Origin: Clostridia bacterium
Lineage (GTDB): Bacteria > Bacillota > Clostridia > UBA1212 > UBA1255
Direction: 5' to 3'
DNA length: 64,000 nt
Assembly (NCBI GenBank): GCA_017935905.1
Contig: JAGBGO010000010.1
Location: 13,715 to 77,714, forward strand
Made by a program: the position numbers and the translations under genes. Below, piece after piece: positions 38,894 through 47,181 of the stretch. The notes below the pieces were generated by a model. It was given only the letters and a program-made list of their open reading frames with translations, did no database searches and had not been told where the DNA came from. Every line of letters starts with the position of its first letter. The stretch's first letter is position 1.

Positions 38894-39307
38894 ATGAAAA
38901 GAGTTGGTTTTAAGGGTATTGTAAGTCTTCTTATGGTGGCTTGTTGTGTATTTACGTTATTTGCTTGCAAAGGTAAGTCGGATGAGCCTATCAATAAGCC
39001 TCAGGAAACGGCCACACCGAGTTCTACGCCGATGGGCACAAAAGGTCCCAGACCGGAGGTTACGTTACCGGAGGATGAATTCTTACCGGAAGAAACACCC
39101 GTTGCATCTGCTACGGTAACACCTACGCAAGCGCCTACAGATCATCATTCGCCTGCAGCAACTACACCTGCTGCTACCGAGCAGCCTACCGCTCCGGCCA
39201 CGAAGACACCTACGGCTACACCAAACAAAACTGCTACACCTACCAAGAAACCCACTGCAACGCCGAAGCCTTCCGGTGGTATTATGCTTCCGCCTGATTA
39301 TCTTTAA
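38894..39307 (+). CDS. Small Pro/Thr/Ala-rich lipoprotein (about 137 aa) with no globular domain
   Basis: ATG 38894 has GGGGG 8 nt upstream. Lipobox LFAC, then about 100 aa of TPxxPT-type low-complexity sequence ending in GGIMLPPDYL. It lies 18 nt upstream of the kinase gene. Confidence 0.6.
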   Translation: MKRVGFKGIVSLLMVACCVFTLFACKGKSDEPINKPQETATPSSTPMGTKGPRPEVTLPEDEFLPEETPVASATVTPTQAPTDHHSPAATTPAATEQPTAPATKTPTATPNKTATPTKKPTATPKPSGGIMLPPDYL

Positions 39308-39325
39308 CATGGAGGAAGTGAACGT

Positions 39326-40048
39326 TTGAACGCATTTTTTAAATTGGCAGATCTTGTCGTAGCTGCTACATTTCAATATGAATATTTGCTTAAACAATGT
39401 AAGGATTACGTCGTCCGGCGTCCTTTATCTGTTGATATGGAAATATCTGTAAGTTCTGAGGATATTGCGAAAGAACGTGCTAAAGATAACAACGGCGGCT
39501 TTTCTAACGGATATATAGAAAGCTTGGCTTTTTACCGAAAGTTTGCGGAGCAAGCGGCTGCTTTTGACTGCATCTTGTTTCATGGATCTGCTTTGAGTGT
39601 GGATGGAGAAGGCTATTTGTTTGGTGCGCCTTCCGGCACCGGCAAGTCAACCCACAGCGCTTTGTATCGCAGACAGTTTGGCGATCGTGTTGAAATGGTC
39701 AACGACGATAAGCCGCTTTTAAGAAGAATGAATGGCGGCTTCTACGTTTACGGAACCCCTTGGGACGGTAAACATCACCTGAGCCAAAATATATCTGTTC
39801 CGTTAAGAGGAATTTGTTTTCTTCAGCAAGGTCCAATAAATGAAATTCGGAAATTGACCTTTTTTGAAGCAATTGGTGCATCCCTTGGTCAAATATACCG
39901 GCCGGAAGATAAAGAGGCATTGTCAAAAGTCCTGCATTTTACACAAGGAATGTTACAGTCCGTACCTGTTTTTGAATTGAAATGTACGATATCCAACGAG
40001 GCGGCAGAACTATCCTACCGCACGATGAAAGGAGCCTATAACGTATGA
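39326..40048 (+). CDS. HprK-related serine kinase (HPr kinase C-terminal-domain fold, P-loop GAPSGTGKST)
   Basis: TTG start with GGAGG 10 nt upstream. The P-loop matches the GxSGxGKS of HPr kinase/phosphorylase, a fold that is also used by the kinases in lasso-peptide clusters. Confidence 0.7.
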   Translation: MNAFFKLADLVVAATFQYEYLLKQCKDYVVRRPLSVDMEISVSSEDIAKERAKDNNGGFSNGYIESLAFYRKFAEQAAAFDCILFHGSALSVDGEGYLFGAPSGTGKSTHSALYRRQFGDRVEMVNDDKPLLRRMNGGFYVYGTPWDGKHHLSQNISVPLRGICFLQQGPINEIRKLTFFEAIGASLGQIYRPEDKEALSKVLHFTQGMLQSVPVFELKCTISNEAAELSYRTMKGAYNV

Positions 40049-40308
40049 AATTGAAAGATGGTGTTATTATTTCTCAAGTGGAGAATGAATACGTAGCTGT
40101 ATTTGCCGGTGAAGCCGGGAAGGCTTGCAGCGGTATGATGCGTATGAATAAAGTATCTGCTTTTATTATGGAACGGTTGCAGCAAGAAACTGACGAAGCA
40201 CAGTTGGTCGCAGCACTTTTGGAACGGTATGAAGTTTCGGAAGAAGACGCCAGAAAAAGCGTACTTTTTGTCATTGATCAAGTGAATAAGGCTGGTATTA
40301 TGGCATGA
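40045..40308 (+). CDS. PqqD-family RiPP recognition element / peptide chaperone
   Basis: 87 aa with the PqqD/RRE architecture (N-terminal beta strands, then a helical LLERYEVSEEDARKSVLFVIDQVNKAGI). Overlaps its neighbour by 4 nt (ATGA). Confidence 0.7.
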   Translation: MKLKDGVIISQVENEYVAVFAGEAGKACSGMMRMNKVSAFIMERLQQETDEAQLVAALLERYEVSEEDARKSVLFVIDQVNKAGIMA

Positions 40309-40769
40309 CAGACCCGGCAGCCATTTCCATGCAGCATGCGATTCATGAGATTGGTTTTGTTGTAAGGCCCGTTGTTGGAACGAGTATGATGCCGCTTTTG
40401 GATCAACAGACAGACACAGTTCGTTTGGTCAAAGCACCGGAGCGGCTTAAGAAATACGACGTGCCGCTCTACCGGCGTCCGGACGGAGAACTCGTATTGC
40501 ATCGCATAGTGAAAGTATGTGCTGATTATTATGTTATTCGCGGAGATAATACCAACTATACGGAAATTGTTCCATTTGATTGGGTCATTGCGCTTGCAGA
40601 CGGTTGTTCGAAAAATGGCGTATGGCATTCTTTTGACGAACCGGAAATGAAACGCTATGCGGTTCGTACAGTCCGTTTCTGGCGTATACGTAATTTTATT
40701 CGTGGCACGAAGAGCCGTATTCGAGGTGGTTTGCGCCGCGTGTTTCGTGCTTTTAGGAGGAAAACGTGA
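40305..40769 (+). CDS. S26B (ER/archaeal-type, SipW/Sec11-like) signal peptidase I using a Ser-His dyad
   Basis: Box B is GTSMMPLL with the catalytic Ser. Box C ELVLHRIVKV has His where the P-type enzymes have the catalytic Lys (compare Sec11 PIVHRV). Box D is GDNTNYTE. Confidence 0.65.
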   Translation: MTDPAAISMQHAIHEIGFVVRPVVGTSMMPLLDQQTDTVRLVKAPERLKKYDVPLYRRPDGELVLHRIVKVCADYYVIRGDNTNYTEIVPFDWVIALADGCSKNGVWHSFDEPEMKRYAVRTVRFWRIRNFIRGTKSRIRGGLRRVFRAFRRKT

Positions 40770-41902
40770 ATAAACTGGAGTATTTATTAGACATATCTGA
40801 CTATTTTGTCGCTTTCGTTCGCGTGGCGGTTACAGGTGTGCCTGAAAATATTTCTCTTCCAAAGGATTTTAACTGGGAAGCGCTTTATTCCTTAGCGGAA
40901 AGACATAAACTTACGGCGGCTGTGTGGCGTGGAATTCAATTAACCGGGTTCAAAGTCCTTCCGGCATCGCTTTCGGAAAAATGGTTCGTTCGAACACAAC
41001 AAATACTTAGCAAATCCATTCGGTTTGATCACGAGATCAGCCGGATTCAAACGCTGTTTGATCAGTACGGAATCGACTATATTATAATTAAAGGCGTGAC
41101 ATTACAAAAGTATTGGCCGGAGAAAGGTCTTCGGGAGTTTTCTGATCACGACATCTTGATTCGGGAGGAACAGCGGGAAAGTGCACGTGATATTATGTTG
41201 TCTTTAGGTTATACCAATTCGCATTTTGGTAGTGTTCACGATGTATATCAAAAAGAACCGATTTACAACGTGGAAATCCACGTTGGATTATTTGAATCGG
41301 ATTTCGCATATTCAGATTATTTTACGCATATATGGGATCGTGCTGTACCGGTTTTGGATAATTCTCACCAATTTCAATTGACACGAATTGATTTTTATTT
41401 ATATTTTTTATTTCATTTTGCGAAACATGCCCAGTGCAGCGGCAGTGGCGTGCGATTTTATACAGATTTGTTTCTTCTGCGGAAGCAACTTTCTTTTACA
41501 CCGGAGGAAGAAGAAAACGTGAACCGTGTTCTTGTGCAGTATGGTCAGTTTGATCAGATTCAAAAGATCTATGCGAACTTGGACTATTTGTTCAGCCATA
41601 ATGGTGAAATGTCTTCTCAAACCAAGGAACTTATCTTTTCCGGCAGTACGTATGGAAGTCATACGCACCGTATTTACAATTCTATGCGGGCAAACGGAAA
41701 ATGGAAATACGTATTTGCCCGTCTTTTTCCGCCTCGTAAGGTGTTGATCAATCGCTTTAAAATATTGCGTCCTATGCCTTTTCTATTACCCTTTGTATGG
41801 ATTTATCGGTTGATTCATCACTTGTTTAGCGATTTTCATCGCCGGCGTATTCAAACGGAAATCCGCGACGTCCGACGTTTTTCGGATAAAGAGGTGAAGT
41901 GA
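40766..41902 (+). CDS. Nucleotidyltransferase-family protein (uncharacterised NTP_transf_5/PF14907-like)
   Basis: 378 aa. The architecture matches the uncharacterised nucleotidyltransferases seen next to PqqD and HprK-like genes. Confidence 0.55.
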   Translation: MNKLEYLLDISDYFVAFVRVAVTGVPENISLPKDFNWEALYSLAERHKLTAAVWRGIQLTGFKVLPASLSEKWFVRTQQILSKSIRFDHEISRIQTLFDQYGIDYIIIKGVTLQKYWPEKGLREFSDHDILIREEQRESARDIMLSLGYTNSHFGSVHDVYQKEPIYNVEIHVGLFESDFAYSDYFTHIWDRAVPVLDNSHQFQLTRIDFYLYFLFHFAKHAQCSGSGVRFYTDLFLLRKQLSFTPEEEENVNRVLVQYGQFDQIQKIYANLDYLFSHNGEMSSQTKELIFSGSTYGSHTHRIYNSMRANGKWKYVFARLFPPRKVLINRFKILRPMPFLLPFVWIYRLIHHLFSDFHRRRIQTEIRDVRRFSDKEVK

Positions 41903-43305
41903 TGAATTTTGCAAATTTATTCTTTATCTACGCCTTTTTACCGGCCGTATTACTGCTTTATTATGTAATTCCCAATATTCATTATCGCAATGGTGTATTG
42001 CTTTTGGCATCTCTCGTTTTCTATGCGTGGGGAAGCCCGGTTATGCTTTTGCTTCTTTTGGCGGTTTGTGTGGTGAACTATTTTCTTGGAAGAGGCATCG
42101 GCAAAGCACCGGGGGAGAAGAAGGGGAAAGTCTGCCTTGTAATTGGGTTGATTCTCAATATCGGCTTATTATTTGGATATAAATATTTGGCATTTTTCTT
42201 GGATACGATTAGTCTGATTCCCGGATTGCACGTGTCTGTCTGTAAATTTGCTATGCCTTTGGGGCTTAGCTTCTTCACTTTCAGAATTATATCTTACCTT
42301 TTGGACGTGTACTGGGAGAAAGTGAAAGCAGAGCGTTCTTTTCCTTTGTTTTTATTGTTTGTTTCCCTGTTTCCCTGCACGGTAGCCGGCCCCATTGTGC
42401 GTTATCAAACGATTGGGGAAAGTCTTCGTGTTCGCAGAGCCTCTTGGTCCGATTTGTACGTGGGATTTATGCGTCTGAGTGTAGGTTTAGGTAAGAAAGT
42501 GATTCTTGCGGACCATTTGTATGGTATTACGGAATATTACTTTTCAGGGAATCTTCGCAGTCTTACCGTTACGGAAGCATGGTTTGCTTTGCTGGTTTAT
42601 GCCTTGTATGTCTATTTTGACTTTTCCGGGTATTCGGATATGGCTATCGGTATAGCACGTATGTTTGGATTCCGATTCGAAGAGAATTTCCGCTATCCCT
42701 TTGTTTGTACGACAATCTCCGAATTTTGGCAAAGATGGCATATTTCATTGGGTTCTTTTTTTCGTGATTATTTATTGTACGTACCGATTTTTGGAAAAAT
42801 GCGCATATACGGAGGCTTGTTCTTAGTATGGTTTTCCACAGGGTTATGGCATGGTGCCTCTTGGAATTATGTAATATGGGGCCTGTATTTTGGTCTGTTT
42901 ATTTTACTTGAAACGAAGATCGGCAAGAAACGCATGAAGAAAATCCCGAAATTGATTCGACATTTTTATACAAAAATCGTAATTATATTAGGATTTGGAA
43001 TATTCTATTTTACGGATCTTGGTCGTATGGGAACCTTTTTCAAAAGCTTGTTCGGTTTGTCCGGAAATCAATTTGTTGATACATTTTCATCTACGTATAT
43101 GATGAATAATTTAATTTTGGTGTTGTTGGGTTTGATTTGTATCTTTCCCTGGGTTCCGTTCTTTCAAAAAAAACTGGAGAAAAGAAGCTGGACACTTGGC
43201 ATTGCCCAATGTGTTTGCGGTATTCTTTTACTTGCACTTTTTGTTTTTGCCAGTATAATTTTAGTGAACAGTACGAATCAACCGTTCCTATATACGCAAT
43301 TTTAA
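41899..43305 (+). CDS. MBOAT-family membrane O-acyltransferase (DltB/AlgI-like)
   Basis: 468 aa, polytopic, with the conserved His region WHGASWNY that corresponds to the MBOAT catalytic histidine. Confidence 0.8.
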   Translation: MMNFANLFFIYAFLPAVLLLYYVIPNIHYRNGVLLLASLVFYAWGSPVMLLLLLAVCVVNYFLGRGIGKAPGEKKGKVCLVIGLILNIGLLFGYKYLAFFLDTISLIPGLHVSVCKFAMPLGLSFFTFRIISYLLDVYWEKVKAERSFPLFLLFVSLFPCTVAGPIVRYQTIGESLRVRRASWSDLYVGFMRLSVGLGKKVILADHLYGITEYYFSGNLRSLTVTEAWFALLVYALYVYFDFSGYSDMAIGIARMFGFRFEENFRYPFVCTTISEFWQRWHISLGSFFRDYLLYVPIFGKMRIYGGLFLVWFSTGLWHGASWNYVIWGLYFGLFILLETKIGKKRMKKIPKLIRHFYTKIVIILGFGIFYFTDLGRMGTFFKSLFGLSGNQFVDTFSSTYMMNNLILVLLGLICIFPWVPFFQKKLEKRSWTLGIAQCVCGILLLALFVFASIILVNSTNQPFLYTQF

Positions 43306-43317
43306 AGAGGTGAGACC

Positions 43318-44676
43318 GTGGACAAGGAAACGAAGTTTCAAACAAAAAATCAAAATCGCTTTTTGCATGCAATTCGTATTGTGATCGTATGCCTGTTTTT
43401 GGTTGTTCTTTTGTCCGGTGCCGTGCTTTTGATTGTCTTGGATCGACCCACGTATTCGCAGGATGAAAAGCGCGTACTTGCCAAGAAACCTGCATTTACT
43501 TTTTCGTCTCTCCTCCGGGGTGAGTATACGGAGGATTTGCAATATTACTACAATGATACGATTCCGTACCGTTCTGTTTTTAAGCGATTTTCCGACAAAA
43601 TGATGAGTTATAAGGGTATTGCCCAAGATGATTTCTATATTGATATTCCAAAGGATCTTCCTTCTTTTCCGCCGGAGGAATCATCTGTTCCTACGCCGAT
43701 TCTTCCTACGCCGGATGGGAGCGGCAGCGCAGCTCCGGATGCTACAAACGTTCCGTCTGTCACTTTGGCACCCACTAAACCGAATGTAAATGAATTTACC
43801 CAGAATCAGGGTATTGTGACGTACCAAAAGCGTGCTATGGAATTGTATTGGGGCAGTAAAGCGTCTATGCGAGAGTATGCATTGTCTTTGAATACACTTT
43901 ATACAAGAAAGCCGGATTTGAATATTTGGTCCATGAATATTCCCACTGCTTCTGCGTACTATTTGCCGCCGTCCCTTGCCGGAAAATACGGCGATCAAGC
44001 CCAGGATTGTGCCTATATTCGCAGTTTGCTTCATCCGGATATCCACTACGTTGACGTGTATAACGTTCTTAAAAAACACACTCAAGAAGATATTTATTTG
44101 CGCACGGACCATCATTGGTCTTATTTGGGCGTTTTCTATGCCGTAGAAGAAATGATGAAACAAGGGGATTTGGCTGTGCCAAATTTGAAAAAGGATTACA
44201 CCACCAAGTCCAAGGATGGTAATTTAGGCTCATTCTATTTGTATTTTGACCAAAAGCATTTGGTGAATTATCCCGAAACGTTTACTTGGTATGAACCTAA
44301 ATTTTCTTTTGATGCTGCTTATTACAGTTATGACACAATGGAAGTGGTGCGAACCAGTAAGAATAAGATGTTTTTCTACTATTCCGAGCCGTTTTACGAT
44401 ATGGTTAATTATGGAGATTCATATCTCGCCCATATCCAAACGGAAAATCAAACGGGAAGACGCCTGGCGGTTTTCAAAGACAGTTTTGGCAATGCGTTAG
44501 CACCTTTTTTGGCGAAAGGATTTGATGAAATTTGGGTGATCGACCTTCGCTATTATAAGGGGGACGCCTACGCATTTCTGGAGGAAAAGGGAATTACGGA
44601 CGTCTTGATGGCTTCTTGTATGTTTACCAACGCAGGGTACAAATCTGTATACTATAAGAATTTATTTGTTTCTTGA
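43318..44676 (+). CDS. DHHW-family protein (AlgX/AlgJ/DltD-like SGNH partner of MBOAT)
   Basis: N-terminal TM anchor and the signature YLRTDHHWS. Confidence 0.75.
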   Translation: MDKETKFQTKNQNRFLHAIRIVIVCLFLVVLLSGAVLLIVLDRPTYSQDEKRVLAKKPAFTFSSLLRGEYTEDLQYYYNDTIPYRSVFKRFSDKMMSYKGIAQDDFYIDIPKDLPSFPPEESSVPTPILPTPDGSGSAAPDATNVPSVTLAPTKPNVNEFTQNQGIVTYQKRAMELYWGSKASMREYALSLNTLYTRKPDLNIWSMNIPTASAYYLPPSLAGKYGDQAQDCAYIRSLLHPDIHYVDVYNVLKKHTQEDIYLRTDHHWSYLGVFYAVEEMMKQGDLAVPNLKKDYTTKSKDGNLGSFYLYFDQKHLVNYPETFTWYEPKFSFDAAYYSYDTMEVVRTSKNKMFFYYSEPFYDMVNYGDSYLAHIQTENQTGRRLAVFKDSFGNALAPFLAKGFDEIWVIDLRYYKGDAYAFLEEKGITDVLMASCMFTNAGYKSVYYKNLFVS

Positions 44677-44687
44677 AAGGATTTCTC

Positions 44688-46469
44688 ATGAAAGAATTAC
44701 TTTATCCCTTTGACAGCGATTGGATTATGAAGAATCGCCGAAAGATTAAGAAGCGCCTTTTAGAGGATGGAACGACTCGGATTTCAAAGCGTATTGCGGT
44801 GTTGGGCGGTTCCACCACCCATGATATCATCCAAGTTTTGGAATTGTTTTTGCTAAATGAAGGCATTCAACCAACGTTTTACGAATCCGAATACGGACAG
44901 TTTTATCAAGATGGTATGTTTGGAAACGACGCGCTGGACCGGTTTGCCCCGGATTTAATTTTTATTCATACCACGAGCCGCAATTTAGATGCTGCGTATC
45001 CTATGGTTCAAGATACAAAAGATGCTGTCTCACAGCGGATTGCGGATCAAATGCATCTGTATACCCGTCTTTGGGACAATTTATCCAATAAATTTCACTG
45101 TACCATTATTCAAAACAACTTTGAATTTCCGGCATACCGTACTTTCGGCAATCAAGACTGTGTAGACCCATGCGGCCGCGTGCATTTTGTGCAAGCACTC
45201 AATCAAGGTTTCGCGGCGTACGCTGAAAGCCACTCGGATTTTTATATCCACGACATTCAATATTTGTCTGCTATGTACGGACTGGAAAAATGGTCCCAGC
45301 CTTTTTACTGGTATATGTACAAATATGCGTTATCATTTTCTGCCATTCCGTTTTTTGCATCCAGTTTGTGCCAGATGATTAAATCGGTATTCGGCAAGAA
45401 TAAGAAAGCTCTTGCTTTGGATCTGGACAATACGCTGTGGGGCGGTGTCATCGGGGATGACGGTGTAGACGGCATCGAAATCGGCCAAGAAACGGCGTTG
45501 GGACAAAGCTATTCAGAATTTCAAAACTATTTGCGTGCACTCAAAGATAAGGGCATTCTGCTGACGGTTTGTTCTAAAAATGAACCTGACAATGCGATGC
45601 TTGGATTAAATCATCCTTCCGGTGTGCTAAAGCCGGAGGATTTCACCGTGATTAAAGCCAATTGGGAAGCAAAATCGGAAAATGTGCGCTCTATTGCAAA
45701 AGAATTAAATATTTTACCGGACAGTATTGTTTTTGTAGATGATAATCCCGCTGAACGGGAAATTGTTCGTACGTATTCAGAGGGGGTATCTGTTCCGGAA
45801 CTGGGAGACGTAGACAGTTATATTTCGATTCTGGAAAGAAACGGTTTTTTTGAAGTCACTGCTTTTTCGGAGGACGATCTGAAACGCAATGCCATGTATC
45901 GGGAGAACGCATTAAGAGCCCAGGCCGAGCAATCTTTCACGGATTACCAAGCCTATCTGGAAAGTCTTGAAATGCAGGCGGTAATTCGTGATTTTGAACC
46001 TGTGTATTTACCGCGAATTACGCAACTGACCAATAAAAGCAATCAATTCAATTTAACCACGAAACGATATACGGAATCGGAAATGCGTGCAGTCGCAGAG
46101 GATGATGCTTATATTCGCTTGTACGGACAATTGAAGGACCGATTTGGGGACAATGGAATCGTTTCAGTTGTGATCGGTCGTAAAATGGGTGGCATACTGC
46201 ACGTGGATTTGTGGTTGATGAGTTGTCGCGTTCTGAAAAGAAATATGGAACTTGCGATGTTGGATACTTTAGTGTTACAATGTAAGAAGGAAGGCATCGA
46301 AGAAATCTACGGATATTATTATCCAACGCAAAAGAATAATATGGTGCGATACTTATACCGGGATTTTGGTTTTGATTTGGTTTCGGAAGACGAGCACGGA
46401 AACAGTGTTTGGCGTCTTTCCGTTGCCGGATACCGGAATCAAAATTCCGTGATTACCGTAGAAGAATAA
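44688..46469 (+). CDS. FkbH-like HAD-IIIC phosphatase-domain protein with C-terminal GNAT-like acyltransferase fold
   Basis: HAD motif I is LDLDNTLWGGVIGDDG. ATG 44688 (RBS AAAGGA) is preferred over the TTG at 44673. Confidence 0.7.
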   Translation: MKELLYPFDSDWIMKNRRKIKKRLLEDGTTRISKRIAVLGGSTTHDIIQVLELFLLNEGIQPTFYESEYGQFYQDGMFGNDALDRFAPDLIFIHTTSRNLDAAYPMVQDTKDAVSQRIADQMHLYTRLWDNLSNKFHCTIIQNNFEFPAYRTFGNQDCVDPCGRVHFVQALNQGFAAYAESHSDFYIHDIQYLSAMYGLEKWSQPFYWYMYKYALSFSAIPFFASSLCQMIKSVFGKNKKALALDLDNTLWGGVIGDDGVDGIEIGQETALGQSYSEFQNYLRALKDKGILLTVCSKNEPDNAMLGLNHPSGVLKPEDFTVIKANWEAKSENVRSIAKELNILPDSIVFVDDNPAEREIVRTYSEGVSVPELGDVDSYISILERNGFFEVTAFSEDDLKRNAMYRENALRAQAEQSFTDYQAYLESLEMQAVIRDFEPVYLPRITQLTNKSNQFNLTTKRYTESEMRAVAEDDAYIRLYGQLKDRFGDNGIVSVVIGRKMGGILHVDLWLMSCRVLKRNMELAMLDTLVLQCKKEGIEEIYGYYYPTQKNNMVRYLYRDFGFDLVSEDEHGNSVWRLSVAGYRNQNSVITVEE

Positions 46470-46488
46470 AAATTAAGGAGTTACAAAT

Positions 46489-46740
46489 ATGCTTACAGAG
46501 AAAGACGTATATGAACGGCTGAATGAAGTGTTTCGGGACGTTTTTGATGACGACGGAATTTGTGTGGGAGCAGAGACGACCGCCGCAGATATTGAAGACT
46601 GGGACAGTTTGGAACATATTCGTTTGATTGCTGCCGTTGAACAGGAATTTTCCATTCGTTTTAAAATGGGTGAAGTTGCTTCTATGAAGAACGTAGGGGA
46701 GATGGCAACCATTATTTTATCGCGCATTTCCAACGCATAA
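46489..46740 (+). CDS. Acyl carrier protein (DltC-like)
   Basis: 83 aa. The phosphopantetheine serine lies in DWDSLEHIRL. Confidence 0.75.
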   Translation: MLTEKDVYERLNEVFRDVFDDDGICVGAETTAADIEDWDSLEHIRLIAAVEQEFSIRFKMGEVASMKNVGEMATIILSRISNA

Positions 46741-46746
46741 AGACGT

Positions 46747-46775
46747 TTGATTTTTTCTCTATTTTATTGTAGAAT
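46747..46775 (+). promoter_or_regulatory. SigA-type promoter (TTGATT-17-TAGAAT) for the Asp23 operon
   Basis: Consensus spacing. Confidence 0.45.
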
Positions 46776-46806
46776 GTAACGGATCTTTTGGACAGAGGAT
46801 AACGAG

Positions 46807-47181
46807 ATGGATTCTTCATTTGAAAAACAATCTTTAAACGATACGATGATTACGGATGATGCTTTGGCTGTCATCGCAGGCATTGCTGCGTCTGAAGTTT
46901 CCGGTGTATCCGGCATGAGCAGCGGTATTACAGGCGGTATTGCAGAAGCACTTGGCCGAGTCAATTTGTCCAAAGGTGTGAAAGTGGTTACCCGAGACAG
47001 TGCTACGACTATTGATCTTTACGTGATCGTTCGGTATGGATACAGAATTCCGGATCTTGCCTTTGAGATTCAAGAACACGTGAAGAATTGTATTGAAGAA
47101 CAGGCAGGCATTGTTGTGGAGAATATTCATATTCACGTGCAAGGTGTTGATTATTCTGAAACGGAGAGTGAACAGGCATGA
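46807..47181 (+). CDS. Asp23/Gls24-family envelope stress protein
   Basis: 124 aa with an Asp23-family N-terminus. Confidence 0.8.
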   Translation: MDSSFEKQSLNDTMITDDALAVIAGIAASEVSGVSGMSSGITGGIAEALGRVNLSKGVKVVTRDSATTIDLYVIVRYGYRIPDLAFEIQEHVKNCIEEQAGIVVENIHIHVQGVDYSETESEQA

